NCBI GenBank assembly: GCA_031409655.1
Contig: JANNXQ010000099.1
Coordinates: 61,257-125,256 of the forward strand
DNA from: Chthoniobacteraceae bacterium
GTDB lineage: Bacteria > Verrucomicrobiota > Verrucomicrobiia > Chthoniobacterales > Chthoniobacteraceae
Direction: 5' to 3'
DNA length: 64,000 bases
The notes beneath the pieces were generated by a model. It ran no database searches. It was not told where the DNA came from and saw only the letters and a list, made by a program, of their open reading frames with translations. The position numbers and the translations under genes were made by a program. Shown here in pieces: positions 43,965 through 54,289 of this stretch; position 1 is the first letter of the stretch; each line of letters starts with the position of its first letter.

Positions 43965-46900
43965 ATGCCCAAATTGAAATCCGCCGCCCGTGGTGCTGCC
44001 AAGCGCACCGCTTCCGCTCCCGTCGCCGACTCCCGTCGCCGCACTTCTGAGGGACTGAAATTCTCCCGCGAATTCAGTCAGAAATCCGTAAAACCCTTCG
44101 ACGAAATCGAGTGGGAACTGCGCACCGCGGAGATTACTGACGATTCCGGCAAGGCCTTCTTCCGCCAGGAGAATGTGGAGGTCCCGAAGTCCTGGAGTCC
44201 GCTCGCGACGAAGATCGCCGTCTCGAAGTACTTCTACGGTGATCCGGCAAACGGTTTCGACCCGCACAAGAAAGGGCGTGAGTCGTCGGTCAAACAACTC
44301 GTCCACCGCGTCACTCGCACGATCACGGACTGCGGCATCACCGATGGATACTTTGCCGACAAGGAGAGCGCCGAGGTCTTCTACGACGAACTCACCTGGC
44401 TTTGCGTGAATCAATACGGCGCTTTCAATTCACCCGTCTGGTTCAACGTCGGCCTCTGGCACCAGTATGGCGTGGGCAAAGGTCGCGGCGAGGGGAACTA
44501 TTTCTACGATCGCAAGGCCGGCGAGGCCCGCCGCGCGCCGACCCAGTACGAATACCCGCAGGGCAGCGCGTGTTTCATCCAGTCGGTGGACGATACCATG
44601 GAAGACATCATGCGTCTGGCGATGTCCGAAGCCATGCTCTTCAAATACGGCTCCGGCACCGGCAGCGACCTTTCTTCGCTTCGCAGCACCCGCGAAAAAC
44701 TCAGCGGCGGCGGTAAACCGAGCGGTCCGCTCTCCTTCCTGAAAGTATACGATCAAGTCGCGAACGTGGTGAAGTCCGGTGGCAAGACGCGCCGCGCGGC
44801 GAAGATGAACACGCTCAAGGACTGGCATCCCGACATTGAGGAATTTATCGAAGCCAAGACCAAGGAAGAGAAGAAGGCGTGGGCCTTAATCGAGCAGGGC
44901 TACAGCGGCGACTACAACGGCGAAGCTTACGGCTCAATCATGTATCAAAATGAGAATCTCTCGATCCGCGTCAGTGATGAATTCATGGAAGCTGCGATTG
45001 AGGGACGCGAGTGGTGGACCAAACGCGTGACCGACGGGAAGCCTTGTGAGAAAAAGGACGCCAAGGGTCTGCTGCGCAAAATCGCTGAGGGTACCCATGT
45101 GTGCGGTGATCCCGGCATGCAGTTTGATACGACGATCCACAAGTGGCACACCTGCAAAGGCACCGGTCGGCAGAATTCCACCAACCCGTGCTCCGAGTAT
45201 CTCTTCCTCGATAACACCGCTTGTAACCTGGCATCGTTGAACTTGATGAAGTTTAAATCCGCCGACGGCAGCTTTGATGTCGATCGGTTCAAAGCCGCCG
45301 TGCGCATCTTCATCACGGCTCAGGAGATCATTGTCGATAATGCGAGTTACCCGATCAAGGACATCGCGGAAAACTCCCACATCTTCCGCACCCTCGGCCT
45401 TGGCTACGCCAACCTCGGCGCGCTGATCATGAGTTACGGACTTGGCTACGACACCGATGAAGGTCGCGCCCTCGCGGGAGCGATTACTTCGATCATGACC
45501 GGGCATGCCTACGAGCAGAGCGCTAAGATGGCGAAAAGCATGGGACCCTTCGCTGGCTACCATGACTCCCGCTGCAGCGGCGTGAAGAAGACCGTGGATG
45601 AAACCAATGAGGCGCACATGCTCGAAGTGATCGAAAGGCACCGCTCGCATGTCGAAAAAATTCAGGCCAGCGAGCGCTTTGGTTTCCTCAAGGACGAGGC
45701 CAAGCAATGCTGGGATAACGCTCTCGCCCTCGGCAAGAAGCACGGTTATCGCAACGCGCAGGTCACCGTCCTCGCACCCACTGGCACGATTGGCTTCCTC
45801 ATGGATTGCGACACCACCGGAATCGAGCCCGACATTGCGCTGGTGAAGTACAAGCTCCTCGCTGGGGGAGGCATGTTGAAGATCGTCAATCAGACGGTGC
45901 GTCCGGCCCTGCAAAACCTCGGTTACGAGCCAGCGCAGATGGACCGCATCATCGCTCATATCGACAAGCACGACACCATCGAGGACGTGACTGATGAGGA
46001 AGGGACCACGATCTCGAGCGGTCTGAAACCCGAGGATCTGCCGGTGTTCGATTGTGCCTTTAAGCCGCACCTCGGGGAGCGTTCGCTCCATTATCGCGGC
46101 CACATCCGTATGATGGCCGCCGCGCAGCCCTTCCTTAGCGGAGCCATCTCCAAGACCGTGAACCTCCCGAATGAGGCGACGGTCGAGGACATCATAAATA
46201 CTTACGTCGAGGGCTGGAAACTCGGCTTGAAAGCCATTGCCATCTACCGGGATGGATCAAAGCGGAGCGCCCCAGTCGTGGCGGACAAGAAGAAGCACGC
46301 CAGCAACAGTGCCAGCGAAAAGCTCGGCGAAATCGAGGGCGAGATTGCGAGTAAACGTGAACTGGAATCGCACATCATTGATCTGGAGAATGAGGTCAAA
46401 GTTCTGCGGAAAAAGGCCGACCAACCCGCGCGCACCCGCATGAGTGATACGCGCGTGGCCCTGACTCATAAGTTCGAGATCGCTGGCCACGAGGGATACA
46501 TTACCGTCGGTTTGTTTGAGAATGGCGAGCCCGGCGAACTCTTCATCCAGATGAGTAAGGAAGGGTCCACCATGGGCGGGCTCATGGACACCGTCGCGAC
46601 GCTGACCTCGATCGCCCTGCAATACGGCGTGCCGCTCGAGAGCATGGTTCGCAAGTTTGCCTACCAACGCTACGAGCCAAGCGGCTTCACCAAGAACCCG
46701 GACATTCGTAGTGCCACTTCAATCACCGACTATGTCTTCCGCTGGCTCGGTTGTCAGTTCATCAAAGGATACAAGGAGGCCACCTCACCGAATAAGGGCC
46801 AGACCGAGCTCCCACTGAAGGAGATCGCCGAGATGGAGCAGAAGGCGCTCAATCGCCCGGTTTCCGATCTCTCGCGGAACGAAGACAAAGGGGTCATCGA

Positions 46901-47096
46901 CATCCTCGGCTACAACGGGAACAGCGAAGGCTCACCTTCCAGCAGCGGGCCGCGCACCCATGCGGATCGCGTGAAGGAAGCCGTCGGTAACATGTTCATG
47001 GACATCACCTGCTCGAACTGTGGTTCGAGCAAGGTCATCCGTGCCGGAGCCTGCGGCTGCTGCACCGATTGCGGCACCAGCCAAGGGTGCTCTTAA
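43965..47096 (+). CDS. nrdJ: Class II (adenosylcobalamin-dependent) ribonucleotide reductase
   Basis: FNSPVWFNVG, QGSACFI, KSGGKTRRAAKM, TNPCSE, IAPTGT-like LAPTGT, SGAISKTVN; C-terminal TSCPD-type domain and CxxC...CxxC ribbon. Confidence 0.96.
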   Translation: MPKLKSAARGAAKRTASAPVADSRRRTSEGLKFSREFSQKSVKPFDEIEWELRTAEITDDSGKAFFRQENVEVPKSWSPLATKIAVSKYFYGDPANGFDPHKKGRESSVKQLVHRVTRTITDCGITDGYFADKESAEVFYDELTWLCVNQYGAFNSPVWFNVGLWHQYGVGKGRGEGNYFYDRKAGEARRAPTQYEYPQGSACFIQSVDDTMEDIMRLAMSEAMLFKYGSGTGSDLSSLRSTREKLSGGGKPSGPLSFLKVYDQVANVVKSGGKTRRAAKMNTLKDWHPDIEEFIEAKTKEEKKAWALIEQGYSGDYNGEAYGSIMYQNENLSIRVSDEFMEAAIEGREWWTKRVTDGKPCEKKDAKGLLRKIAEGTHVCGDPGMQFDTTIHKWHTCKGTGRQNSTNPCSEYLFLDNTACNLASLNLMKFKSADGSFDVDRFKAAVRIFITAQEIIVDNASYPIKDIAENSHIFRTLGLGYANLGALIMSYGLGYDTDEGRALAGAITSIMTGHAYEQSAKMAKSMGPFAGYHDSRCSGVKKTVDETNEAHMLEVIERHRSHVEKIQASERFGFLKDEAKQCWDNALALGKKHGYRNAQVTVLAPTGTIGFLMDCDTTGIEPDIALVKYKLLAGGGMLKIVNQTVRPALQNLGYEPAQMDRIIAHIDKHDTIEDVTDEEGTTISSGLKPEDLPVFDCAFKPHLGERSLHYRGHIRMMAAAQPFLSGAISKTVNLPNEATVEDIINTYVEGWKLGLKAIAIYRDGSKRSAPVVADKKKHASNSASEKLGEIEGEIASKRELESHIIDLENEVKVLRKKADQPARTRMSDTRVALTHKFEIAGHEGYITVGLFENGEPGELFIQMSKEGSTMGGLMDTVATLTSIALQYGVPLESMVRKFAYQRYEPSGFTKNPDIRSATSITDYVFRWLGCQFIKGYKEATSPNKGQTELPLKEIAEMEQKALNRPVSDLSRNEDKGVIDILGYNGNSEGSPSSSGPRTHADRVKEAVGNMFMDITCSNCGSSKVIRAGACGCCTDCGTSQGCS

Positions 47097-47196
47097 GAGA
47101 TGAGCGACAAAGCGAAAACCGAAGACAAGCCGCGCGACGAGAGCACCAGCCCGATCCTCGCGGACTAACACTCACGGGTGACACCAGGATTCCGAC

Positions 47197-47230
47197 GGGC
47201 TGTCTGCGCGAGGGCGCAGGCAGCCCCTTT
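47197..47230 (+). terminator. Terminator-like hairpin between convergent genes
   Basis: 13-bp stem GGGCTGTCTGCGC/GCGCAGGCAGCCC, GAGG loop, short T run. Confidence 0.6.
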
Positions 47231-47245
47231 CCTGTTGGGCCACGG

Positions 47246-48394
47246 CTACACCTTGACCCAACTCTGCCGTGTGTTGCTCTTGAGCACGGCTTCACAAATT
47301 CTTACTTCATAGTGTCCGTCACCGGCAGTGGCGAAGAGGACGGGGGTCTTCCGCCCGCTGGCGATGTGCTCGTAGATGGCGCGGTAATGCATCTTGTGGC
47401 TGTCCGAGAAACCTTCCGCGTGGCCGCCAGGGTAGTCGGTGAAATGGGCTACGTCTTCGTGAAAGCCGGCGGTGCCGCGCTGGAGCACTTGGTTCGGTTC
47501 GTCGCGGCGGCCGACGTGGATCTCGTTTGGCTGCTGCAAGTCCCAGCGGACGCTTCCCTCCGTGCCGTAGATGCCGAGAGCCAGTGAACATTTCCAGCCA
47601 GCGGCGACTTGTGAAATCGCCGCATTCGCATGGACGCCGTTGTCATAGCGCAGGAGCAGGCTCGCGAAGTCTTCGGTATCAACGTCGTAGCTCACCATCT
47701 TCCTTGGATCGACCTTGGCGAAAGTTTGCACCGGACCGCGTGGGCGTTTGCGCTTCTCGTGGAAGGTCTCGAGCGTCGCGAAGACGGACTCAATCCTGGC
47801 TCCGAGGATGAATGAGAGCGCGTCCATCCAATGCGTGCCGATGTCGCCGACGGCGCGCAGCTTGCCGCCTTCACTGGCGAGCAGGCGCCAGTTGTAATCC
47901 GTCTCGTGCAGCAGCCAGTCTTGAAAAAAGTGCCCTTGCACATGGATGATTTTTCCAAGGTCACCCCGTTGCACCAGGGCGCGCATTTGCAGCACTGCGG
48001 GGAAAAAGCGGCACATGTAATTCACCGCAAAGACCGGTGCGCCCTTCCGCTTCGTTGCGGCTACGACGCGCGCAGTTTCCGCGGTGGTCATCCCGAGCGG
48101 CTTCTCGCAGACGACGTGCTTGCCAGCCGCGAGTGCCTCGAGAGCCTGCTCGACGTGGACTTTATTCGGCGAGGTAATGTGAACGACATCCACATTCGGG
48201 GAAGCGATGAGCGCCCGATGATCGTAGTCGCCATAGACCTCCGTGATGCCCCACTTATCCGCCGTGGCTTGCGCTGACTTTGTGGACCCGCAGATCGCTG
48301 TTACTTGCACACCGAGGCGCTTGAGCGCTTCGATGTGGACCGGGCCGATGAAGCCAGTGCCGATGATTCCAGCGCGGAGGGCAGTGAGCGTCAT
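47246..48394 (-). CDS. Gfo/Idh/MocA family oxidoreductase
   Basis: GIIGTGFIG..H, HITSPN..H, KHVVCEKP, DIGTHWMD, YGTEG. Confidence 0.93.
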   Translation of the reverse strand: MTLTALRAGIIGTGFIGPVHIEALKRLGVQVTAICGSTKSAQATADKWGITEVYGDYDHRALIASPNVDVVHITSPNKVHVEQALEALAAGKHVVCEKPLGMTTAETARVVAATKRKGAPVFAVNYMCRFFPAVLQMRALVQRGDLGKIIHVQGHFFQDWLLHETDYNWRLLASEGGKLRAVGDIGTHWMDALSFILGARIESVFATLETFHEKRKRPRGPVQTFAKVDPRKMVSYDVDTEDFASLLLRYDNGVHANAAISQVAAGWKCSLALGIYGTEGSVRWDLQQPNEIHVGRRDEPNQVLQRGTAGFHEDVAHFTDYPGGHAEGFSDSHKMHYRAIYEHIASGRKTPVLFATAGDGHYEVRICEAVLKSNTRQSWVKV

Positions 48395-48411
48395 ACCTTG
48401 AGGTGCCGGAG

Positions 48412-49227
48412 TTATTCTCCGAAAGTTTGCCGCAAGTATTCGATGCTCTTGGTGGCGATGACTTCCGGGCCTTCTTCGAATTTGAACACTTCCACGGAGA
48501 CCATGCCGCCGTAGTTCGCTGCACGCAGGGCGGCGGCGATGGGTTTGAAATCTACGTCACCGAAGCCGGGACCTTTGAGGTTGGCGTCGTTGGCGTGGAA
48601 GTAGGCGAAGTTACCGGCGCTTTCGGCGATGATCTGCGGGATCGGTTTGGACTCAGAGCACATGGCTTTCACGTCGAGAATGATCGACATGGCGGGACTC
48701 GCGAATTGTTGCGCGAAGCGGATGCCTTCGGCGGCAGTGTTCACGAAGTTTGTCTCCGCAGGCGCGAGCGGTTCAAAGCACAGCACGACGCCACGATCTT
48801 CAGCGCGCTTCACGGAGTCACGGAAGACCTCCGTGGCCCAAGCCCAGGCCTGCTCGGGCGTTACTCCTTCCTCGATGTTTCGCTGCTTCGGCGAGCCGAC
48901 GATGATGCGGGTGCCGCCGAGATCCGCGCAGCAATCCACGAGATCGAAAAAGTAACGTGCGGTGCGGCGGCGCACGGCCGCGTCGGGAGACGTGAGGTAC
49001 ATGCCTTCTGCCTGGACCAGCACCCAGTGCAGGCCGGAGATGCCGATGCCGATTTTCGCCGCCGAGTCTTTGATCCGCGTGCGTTCCGCCGCAGGGAGAT
49101 CAGTGACGTATTTGGTGATTGTGAAAGGGGCGATCTCTACGGCGTCGTAGCCGGCTTTCTTTGCGTAGCGGAAAGTGTCGTCGAGGTTCCAGCCCTGGAA
49201 GATTTCGTTGCAGATCCCGAATTTCAT
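48412..49227 (-). CDS. Sugar phosphate isomerase/epimerase (xylose isomerase-like TIM barrel, psicose/tagatose 3-epimerase-like)
   Basis: GYDAVEIAP, CFEPL...ETNF.NT, LDVKAM, FHAND....GPG.G..DF, SVEVF. Confidence 0.88.
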   Translation of the reverse strand: MKFGICNEIFQGWNLDDTFRYAKKAGYDAVEIAPFTITKYVTDLPAAERTRIKDSAAKIGIGISGLHWVLVQAEGMYLTSPDAAVRRRTARYFFDLVDCCADLGGTRIIVGSPKQRNIEEGVTPEQAWAWATEVFRDSVKRAEDRGVVLCFEPLAPAETNFVNTAAEGIRFAQQFASPAMSIILDVKAMCSESKPIPQIIAESAGNFAYFHANDANLKGPGFGDVDFKPIAAALRAANYGGMVSVEVFKFEEGPEVIATKSIEYLRQTFGE

Positions 49228-50075
49228 GAAGCCGAGCTTCCGGGAACGGCGAGCAGTGGGCAATGGCCTTCGCGAAGGATGCGCTCGGTGATATTACCGC
49301 GGAGCGCATCGAGGAAACCGTGCTGTCCGTCGGTCGCCATGACGATGAGATCGGCGGAATGTTCCCGAAGCGCGGCCAGGATGCCATCGGCCACAGCGCC
49401 GGCGCGGACGTCGCAGCGCCAGCTCCAGCCCGGGATGGCGGGCGTTTGCACGGCGGGGATCGTGGCGCGTTCGCCGACGTGTACGAGGATGAACTCGACG
49501 GCGGTGAGATGGAGGGTGCGAGCGAAACGCGCGGCGGTATCAACGGCTTGCTGGGCGCTCGGAGCACAGCCGATCGGCACGACGATGCGACGTAACTGCA
49601 ACACGCCGTCGCCGCCATTGACAAAACCACCCTCTGCTTCGGGGAGAAAAAGCGTCCACTGTCCGCCGTGGGTCATCGGCTTAGTGCTATCGAGCGGCCA
49701 CGGCGCGCGACTCTCGCGCTGATGGGCGGCGAGGACGACGAGTTCGGTGGGGTTTTTGGAAAGGTAGTGCAGGCAGGCGCGCAGGACGTCGTCGCTGTGA
49801 GCGATGACCTTATGGACGGCCAGGCCGAGTGCACTGACGGCCTGGCGCCCGCTGTCTGGCGGGATGAGGCGCCAGCGTTCGAGCCACTCGCGTACGCCGG
49901 GAAATTCCGACCAATGGGCGCCATCGTGCTGGGCGACGTGGAGGAGGGTGAGATCCGCCTTGGCGAGGAGCGCGATTTTCAAAGCGTGGCCAAAGGCTGT
50001 CTCGCTGGCCGGTGTGAAGTCGGAAGGGTGGAAGACCTTCTTGATGGTCGCGAGTGGCGGGGAGGACGCGGTCAT
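49224..50075 (-). CDS. Tandem-domain universal stress protein
   Basis: HPSDFT..S..A, LTLLHV; second domain DLIVMAT.G..G......G..TERILR...CPLL.VP. Confidence 0.88.
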   Translation of the reverse strand: MTASSPPLATIKKVFHPSDFTPASETAFGHALKIALLAKADLTLLHVAQHDGAHWSEFPGVREWLERWRLIPPDSGRQAVSALGLAVHKVIAHSDDVLRACLHYLSKNPTELVVLAAHQRESRAPWPLDSTKPMTHGGQWTLFLPEAEGGFVNGGDGVLQLRRIVVPIGCAPSAQQAVDTAARFARTLHLTAVEFILVHVGERATIPAVQTPAIPGWSWRCDVRAGAVADGILAALREHSADLIVMATDGQHGFLDALRGNITERILREGHCPLLAVPGSSAS

Positions 50076-50131
50076 GGCTCGGGGGAGAGATGGGAGGTTA
50101 TGCTTTCGGCACGGCCGAACGCAATCCGCCA

Positions 50132-50833
50132 CTACGGTTTATCGGCGCGGGGCAAGTAAGGACCCACGATGTCGCGCCAGAGCACGTAACCTTCGGAGTT
50201 CATGTGGAGCTTGTCGGCGCTGAAAATCTCCGGACGCGGCAGGCCATCGGAGCCGAGCATTTTCGGGAAGACATTGATGAAGTGGGCACGGGGGCGCTCT
50301 TTGAGAAACGCTTCGGTCAGCGTGTTGAAGGCTTTGACCTGCTCGACTTCGGCCCAGCGTTGCGGATTTCCGGCGATGGAGATGCAGGCGATCTCGGCCT
50401 CGGGAAGAGCGGCGCGCACTTTCTCAAAGAAAGCCCGCAAGTCTGCGAAGACGACCTCGGGTGACTTGCCTTTGTGGATGTCGTTGCCGCCGGCGTAGAG
50501 CACCACCATGCGGGGGGCGTAGGGGATGACGATGCGGTCGGCGAAATGCACGCTGTCCGCGATCTCGGAGCCACCGAAGCCGCGGTTGAGCACACGATGC
50601 TGCGGAAAATCTGCGGCCAGAGTTTTCCAGAGCTTGATGCTCGAGCTCCCGACAAAAACGATCCCGCCTTTCTCCGGTGGATCTTCGGCGTCGTGGGCTT
50701 CAAAGGCGGCGATCTCTTTCTCCCACTTGGCGAAGCCCTGCCCGGCCGCAGGCGCGGCGGCTTGTGGCCAAAGGCGCGCCGGGGCGAAGAAGCAGAATGA
50801 AAGAGCGACGAAGGCAGTAAGGTGGCGAGTCAT
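50132..50833 (-). CDS. SGNH/GDSL hydrolase, exported
   Basis: FVGSSS, NRGFGGS, YAGGND, DKLH; signal peptide. Confidence 0.9.
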   Translation of the reverse strand: MTRHLTAFVALSFCFFAPARLWPQAAAPAAGQGFAKWEKEIAAFEAHDAEDPPEKGGIVFVGSSSIKLWKTLAADFPQHRVLNRGFGGSEIADSVHFADRIVIPYAPRMVVLYAGGNDIHKGKSPEVVFADLRAFFEKVRAALPEAEIACISIAGNPQRWAEVEQVKAFNTLTEAFLKERPRAHFINVFPKMLGSDGLPRPEIFSADKLHMNSEGYVLWRDIVGPYLPRADKP

Positions 50834-50868
50834 GTTCGTGGCGAGGAAAGCGGGCGGAGGGCGTTCTC

Positions 50869-51564
50869 CTAGGCGCGATTCGGCATGAAGAGGAATCGGG
50901 CGTAGGCGAAGGCGAGGACTTCATTGATCATCCCGCGCACGCCCACGCTGGTGACCCACCAATGCTTTGGATTCGGGTCGGGTTCTTCGAGCGCTACGAT
51001 GCCGATCGTCGTTTCCGGCCCGAAGGCTTTGCGAAAGAGCAACCGGCTGCGGCGGGAGTGAATGCCCATGGAGAGCACGTTCACATTCTTCGTGGAGATT
51101 CCGTGCTTGATCAGATGCTCCTTGAGCGCCAGGGCCGACGCGTAGGTGCGGTCTTTGTCCACCAGAGGCGCCGGCACGGCGTGCACGAGTTCGGGCGGCA
51201 TGCCGAATTTCTCCAAGGTCGCTTCGCCAAATTCCGCGTAGGTCTTGAACTGGGTGAAGGGCGCGCCTTTGTCGATCGGCCCGCCAGTGACGAGCAAGGT
51301 CACGTATTCGTGGCTTTTGTATTCGGTGATCGTCTGCGCGATGGCGTAGTCGCTGGCCCAACCTTCGATGACCAGCACGCCGCCCGGGCTCGGATCATTT
51401 TCGGAGAGGAAGCCCGCGATGTTACGCACAAAGAGGGTGACGACCGTGAGGCCGATGGCGGCCGAGATGAAGAGGCCGCGCCAGGTCGGGATGACGCACT
51501 CGCGGCGCTGGAGCATTCCGAGAAAGAGCCGTCGCTCGGGCCGGTTGGTGTCGGGGTTCGGCAT
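50869..51564 (-). CDS. YdcF/DUF218 family protein
   Basis: N-terminal TM; LLVTGG, DRTYASA, HSRRSRLLF.K.FG, WW......R...NE; ATG at 51564. Confidence 0.75.
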   Translation of the reverse strand: MPNPDTNRPERRLFLGMLQRRECVIPTWRGLFISAAIGLTVVTLFVRNIAGFLSENDPSPGGVLVIEGWASDYAIAQTITEYKSHEYVTLLVTGGPIDKGAPFTQFKTYAEFGEATLEKFGMPPELVHAVPAPLVDKDRTYASALALKEHLIKHGISTKNVNVLSMGIHSRRSRLLFRKAFGPETTIGIVALEEPDPNPKHWWVTSVGVRGMINEVLAFAYARFLFMPNRA

Positions 51565-51575
51565 GGGGATGCGGA

Positions 51576-52433
51576 TCAGAGAAAGCGACCGAGGATGGGC
51601 CGCAGCTTTTCGATGGTCGCAGATGGCCAGAGCTGGCGGTCGGTGACGAGCGCGGAATCGAGGGCGCGGTGCTCGGGCCAGTCCGGGATCTCGGGGAGGT
51701 GCGGGATGACTTGGGCGAGGATGCCCTTGGCGGCTTCGGCATTGGCGAGGAGGTGGGCGATGACGGCGTCGGCGGTGACGGCTTCCTCCTCCACCTTCCA
51801 GCAATCGTAGTCGGTGATCATCGCCATCGTGGCGACGGCGATCTCCGCTTCGCGCGCGAGTTTCACTTCGCCGAGATTGGTCATGCCGATGACGTCGAAA
51901 CCCAGCTTCCGGTGCGTCTCGCTTTCCGCGCGCGTGCTAAACTGCGGCCCGTCCATATTCACATAGGTGCCGCCGAGATGCATGGTGTGGCCAAGCGCCG
52001 CACCGTGTTTCTGGAGGAGCTGCTGGAGCGGCGCGGCGATCGGATCGGCAAAGGCGACATGGGCGGCGATGCCTTCGCCGAAGAAGGTGTGGAGGTGGCT
52101 GGTGCGGTCGAAAAATTGGGACGGCAGCACGATGTGGCGCGGCGCGTAGCGCTCCTGCAGACTGCCCACAGCGGTGACGCAGATGATCCAGCGCACCCCG
52201 AGCGAACGCAGCGCCCAGAGGTTTGCGCGGTGATTGAGTTCATGCGGAAGGAGGCGATGCCCGCGTCCGTGTCGCGGGAGGAAGAAGACCTGCCGGCCAG
52301 CGAGTTCCCCCCCGAAGATCACATCGGAGGGCGCGCCAAAGGGCGTCTCGACCGCGTGCTCGGTGACGCGGGTGATCCCGTCCAATTGGTAGAGGCCGCT
52401 CCCTCCGATGATGCCGATGGCTGGTGCTTGCAT
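51576..52433 (-). CDS. mtnP: S-methyl-5'-thioadenosine phosphorylase
   Basis: IGIIGGSG, TPFG.PS, LPRHG..H, AVGSL, GPQFSTRAES, IGMT, TDYDCW. Confidence 0.94.
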   Translation of the reverse strand: MQAPAIGIIGGSGLYQLDGITRVTEHAVETPFGAPSDVIFGGELAGRQVFFLPRHGRGHRLLPHELNHRANLWALRSLGVRWIICVTAVGSLQERYAPRHIVLPSQFFDRTSHLHTFFGEGIAAHVAFADPIAAPLQQLLQKHGAALGHTMHLGGTYVNMDGPQFSTRAESETHRKLGFDVIGMTNLGEVKLAREAEIAVATMAMITDYDCWKVEEEAVTADAVIAHLLANAEAAKGILAQVIPHLPEIPDWPEHRALDSALVTDRQLWPSATIEKLRPILGRFL

Positions 52434-52490
52434 GGGCGCAGGGATAGGCGCGGCGCGGCGATTTGAAAAGCGGACAGTGCCGCCGATCCG

Positions 52491-53372
52491 CTACTCCGGG
52501 GTGCGCAGGACGTTGATGAATTCCTGATGCGCCGGGGAGCGCTGCCGGTTGCGTTTGGTGATGACTCCGAGCGGGCGCAGCATCTTTTCCCCTGCGATCT
52601 CCACGCCGACGAGCGCGCCATTTTCGATCTCCTGCCGCACTGTATTTCGCGGCACGATGGAGACCCCGCTCTCGATCTCCACGGCGCGCTTCACCGTCTC
52701 GATATTGTCAAACTCCATGGCGTGGGTGATCTCGACATTCTGCAGCCGGAAGTGCCGGTCGATCGCTTTCCGCGTCGGCAGGTCGGGCTCGAAGGAGATG
52801 AATTTTTCTCCCGCCAGCAATGGGAGCGCGATGCTCTTCCGCGCGGACAGCGGGTGTTTCGGATGGACGATGAGGATCAGTTCATCCTCGTCGAAGATCT
52901 CCACCTGCAAGCCGTTGCGCTTCGAGGGATACGCCACCAGGCCGAGATCGACCTCGCCATCCGAGACCAGCGCCGCGACCTGATGCGAACGCCGGTAGGA
53001 TACCACCACGTCCACTTTTGGAAAACGCTCGCGGAAGATCTTCAGCTTCGGCGGCAGATCGTGCAGGCCGATACTGTAGATCGCGGCGATGCGGATCTCG
53101 CCTTCGATGACATTGCGAAAGCGCCGCAGCCGCGCGTCAAGATTGTCATGCACTTCGAGAATTTCGCGGCTCGCTTCGAGAAAGGCCGCGCCTTCGGGAG
53201 TGAGCGCAAAGTGCCGCCGTCCGCGTTCGATGAGTGTCACCTGAAATTTTATCTCCAGCGCCCGCACCTGCTGGCTCACGGCGCTTTGCGTGATGCCGCT
53301 GAGGGTGGCCGCTTTGGAAAAACTGCCGGTTTCGGCGAGATCACAGAAGACTTTAAACGTCGCGATGTACAT
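52491..53372 (-). CDS. LysR family transcriptional regulator
   Basis: ETGSFSKAA...ITQSAVSQQVRALE, LTPEG, VDLG, VKRAVE...GVSIVP. Confidence 0.95.
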   Translation of the reverse strand: MYIATFKVFCDLAETGSFSKAATLSGITQSAVSQQVRALEIKFQVTLIERGRRHFALTPEGAAFLEASREILEVHDNLDARLRRFRNVIEGEIRIAAIYSIGLHDLPPKLKIFRERFPKVDVVVSYRRSHQVAALVSDGEVDLGLVAYPSKRNGLQVEIFDEDELILIVHPKHPLSARKSIALPLLAGEKFISFEPDLPTRKAIDRHFRLQNVEITHAMEFDNIETVKRAVEIESGVSIVPRNTVRQEIENGALVGVEIAGEKMLRPLGVITKRNRQRSPAHQEFINVLRTPE

Positions 53373-53447
53373 CCAGGAGCGGGGAGAATAAGGAGCGCTA
53401 ATGGACGTGTCAACGGAGCGGAGGAGAGGGCGGGCAGTCGCGTCTTT

Positions 53448-53563
53448 GTTTGGTGTTTGGTGTTTGGCGTTTGAAGTTTGAAGTTTGGCGTTGCGGCCCG
53501 GCGCAGCACTGAAGGAATCCCGGCCGGCTTAACGCCAAACACCAAACTTCAAACTTCAAACGC
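53448..53563. repeat. Hairpin of tandem heptamers (GTTTGGT/GTTTGAA ... AAACGCC/AAACTTC)
   Basis: Six GTTTNNN units, a spacer, then AAACNNC units ending at the yggS ATG. Confidence 0.88.
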
Positions 53564-54289
53564 ATGAGCACCATCGCCACTCGCCTCGCCGCCATCCACG
53601 CCGCCATCGCGGCTGCCGCCGCGCGCTCCGGCCGGCGGGCGGAGGACGTCGCGCTCGTGGCGGTTTCAAAGACCCAGCCGCCGGAAACCGTGCAGGAGGC
53701 GATCGAGGCGGGACAGCTTCTCTTCGGGGAAAATCGGGTGCAGGAGGCGCGCGCGAAAATCCCGCTGCTGCCCGCGCGCGTTCGCTGGCACCTGATCGGT
53801 CATCTGCAAAAGAATAAAATCCGCCAGGCGCTGCCGCTTTTCACGTTGATCGAAAGCATCGATTCGCTGGAGCTGGCGCTCGATCTCGACCGCATCGCCA
53901 CGGAGGGCGGCGTCTTTCCCCGGGTGCTGATCGAGGTGAATGTCGGGGGGGAGGGGACGAAGTTTGGCTTCACGCCCGATCGGCTCCGGACGGACCTGGA
54001 GGCGCTGCTGCGGCTCGAGCGCGTGCAGATCGAAGGGCTCATGTGCATCCCCCCGCCGGTGCCGCGAGCGGAAGACGCGCGGCGCTACTTTGTCGCGCTC
54101 CGCGAACTCCGCGACCATCTCGCCTCCGCATCCGGGGTGCCGCTGCCGCAGCTCTCGATGGGCATGAGCGGTGATTTTCCCGTGGCCGTGGAGGAAGGTG
54201 CGACGCTCGTGCGCGTCGGCAGTGCGATCTTCGGCGAGCGCCAAGGCAAAGCCTGGAAGCCCGCTGGTGCCGCCGGGTTTGACGAATGA
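53564..54289 (+). CDS. yggS: PLP homeostasis protein YggS/PROSC
   Basis: VAVSK, FGENRVQE, WHLIGHLQKNK, GLMCIPP, LSMGMSGD, VRVGSAIFG. Confidence 0.95.
   Translation: MSTIATRLAAIHAAIAAAAARSGRRAEDVALVAVSKTQPPETVQEAIEAGQLLFGENRVQEARAKIPLLPARVRWHLIGHLQKNKIRQALPLFTLIESIDSLELALDLDRIATEGGVFPRVLIEVNVGGEGTKFGFTPDRLRTDLEALLRLERVQIEGLMCIPPPVPRAEDARRYFVALRELRDHLASASGVPLPQLSMGMSGDFPVAVEEGATLVRVGSAIFGERQGKAWKPAGAAGFDE

Noticed and set aside
43965..47096. Intein or intron in nrdJ
   Set aside because: No C/S...HN splice motifs or LAGLIDADG blocks; the length is explained by the C-terminal TSCPD and zinc-ribbon domains.
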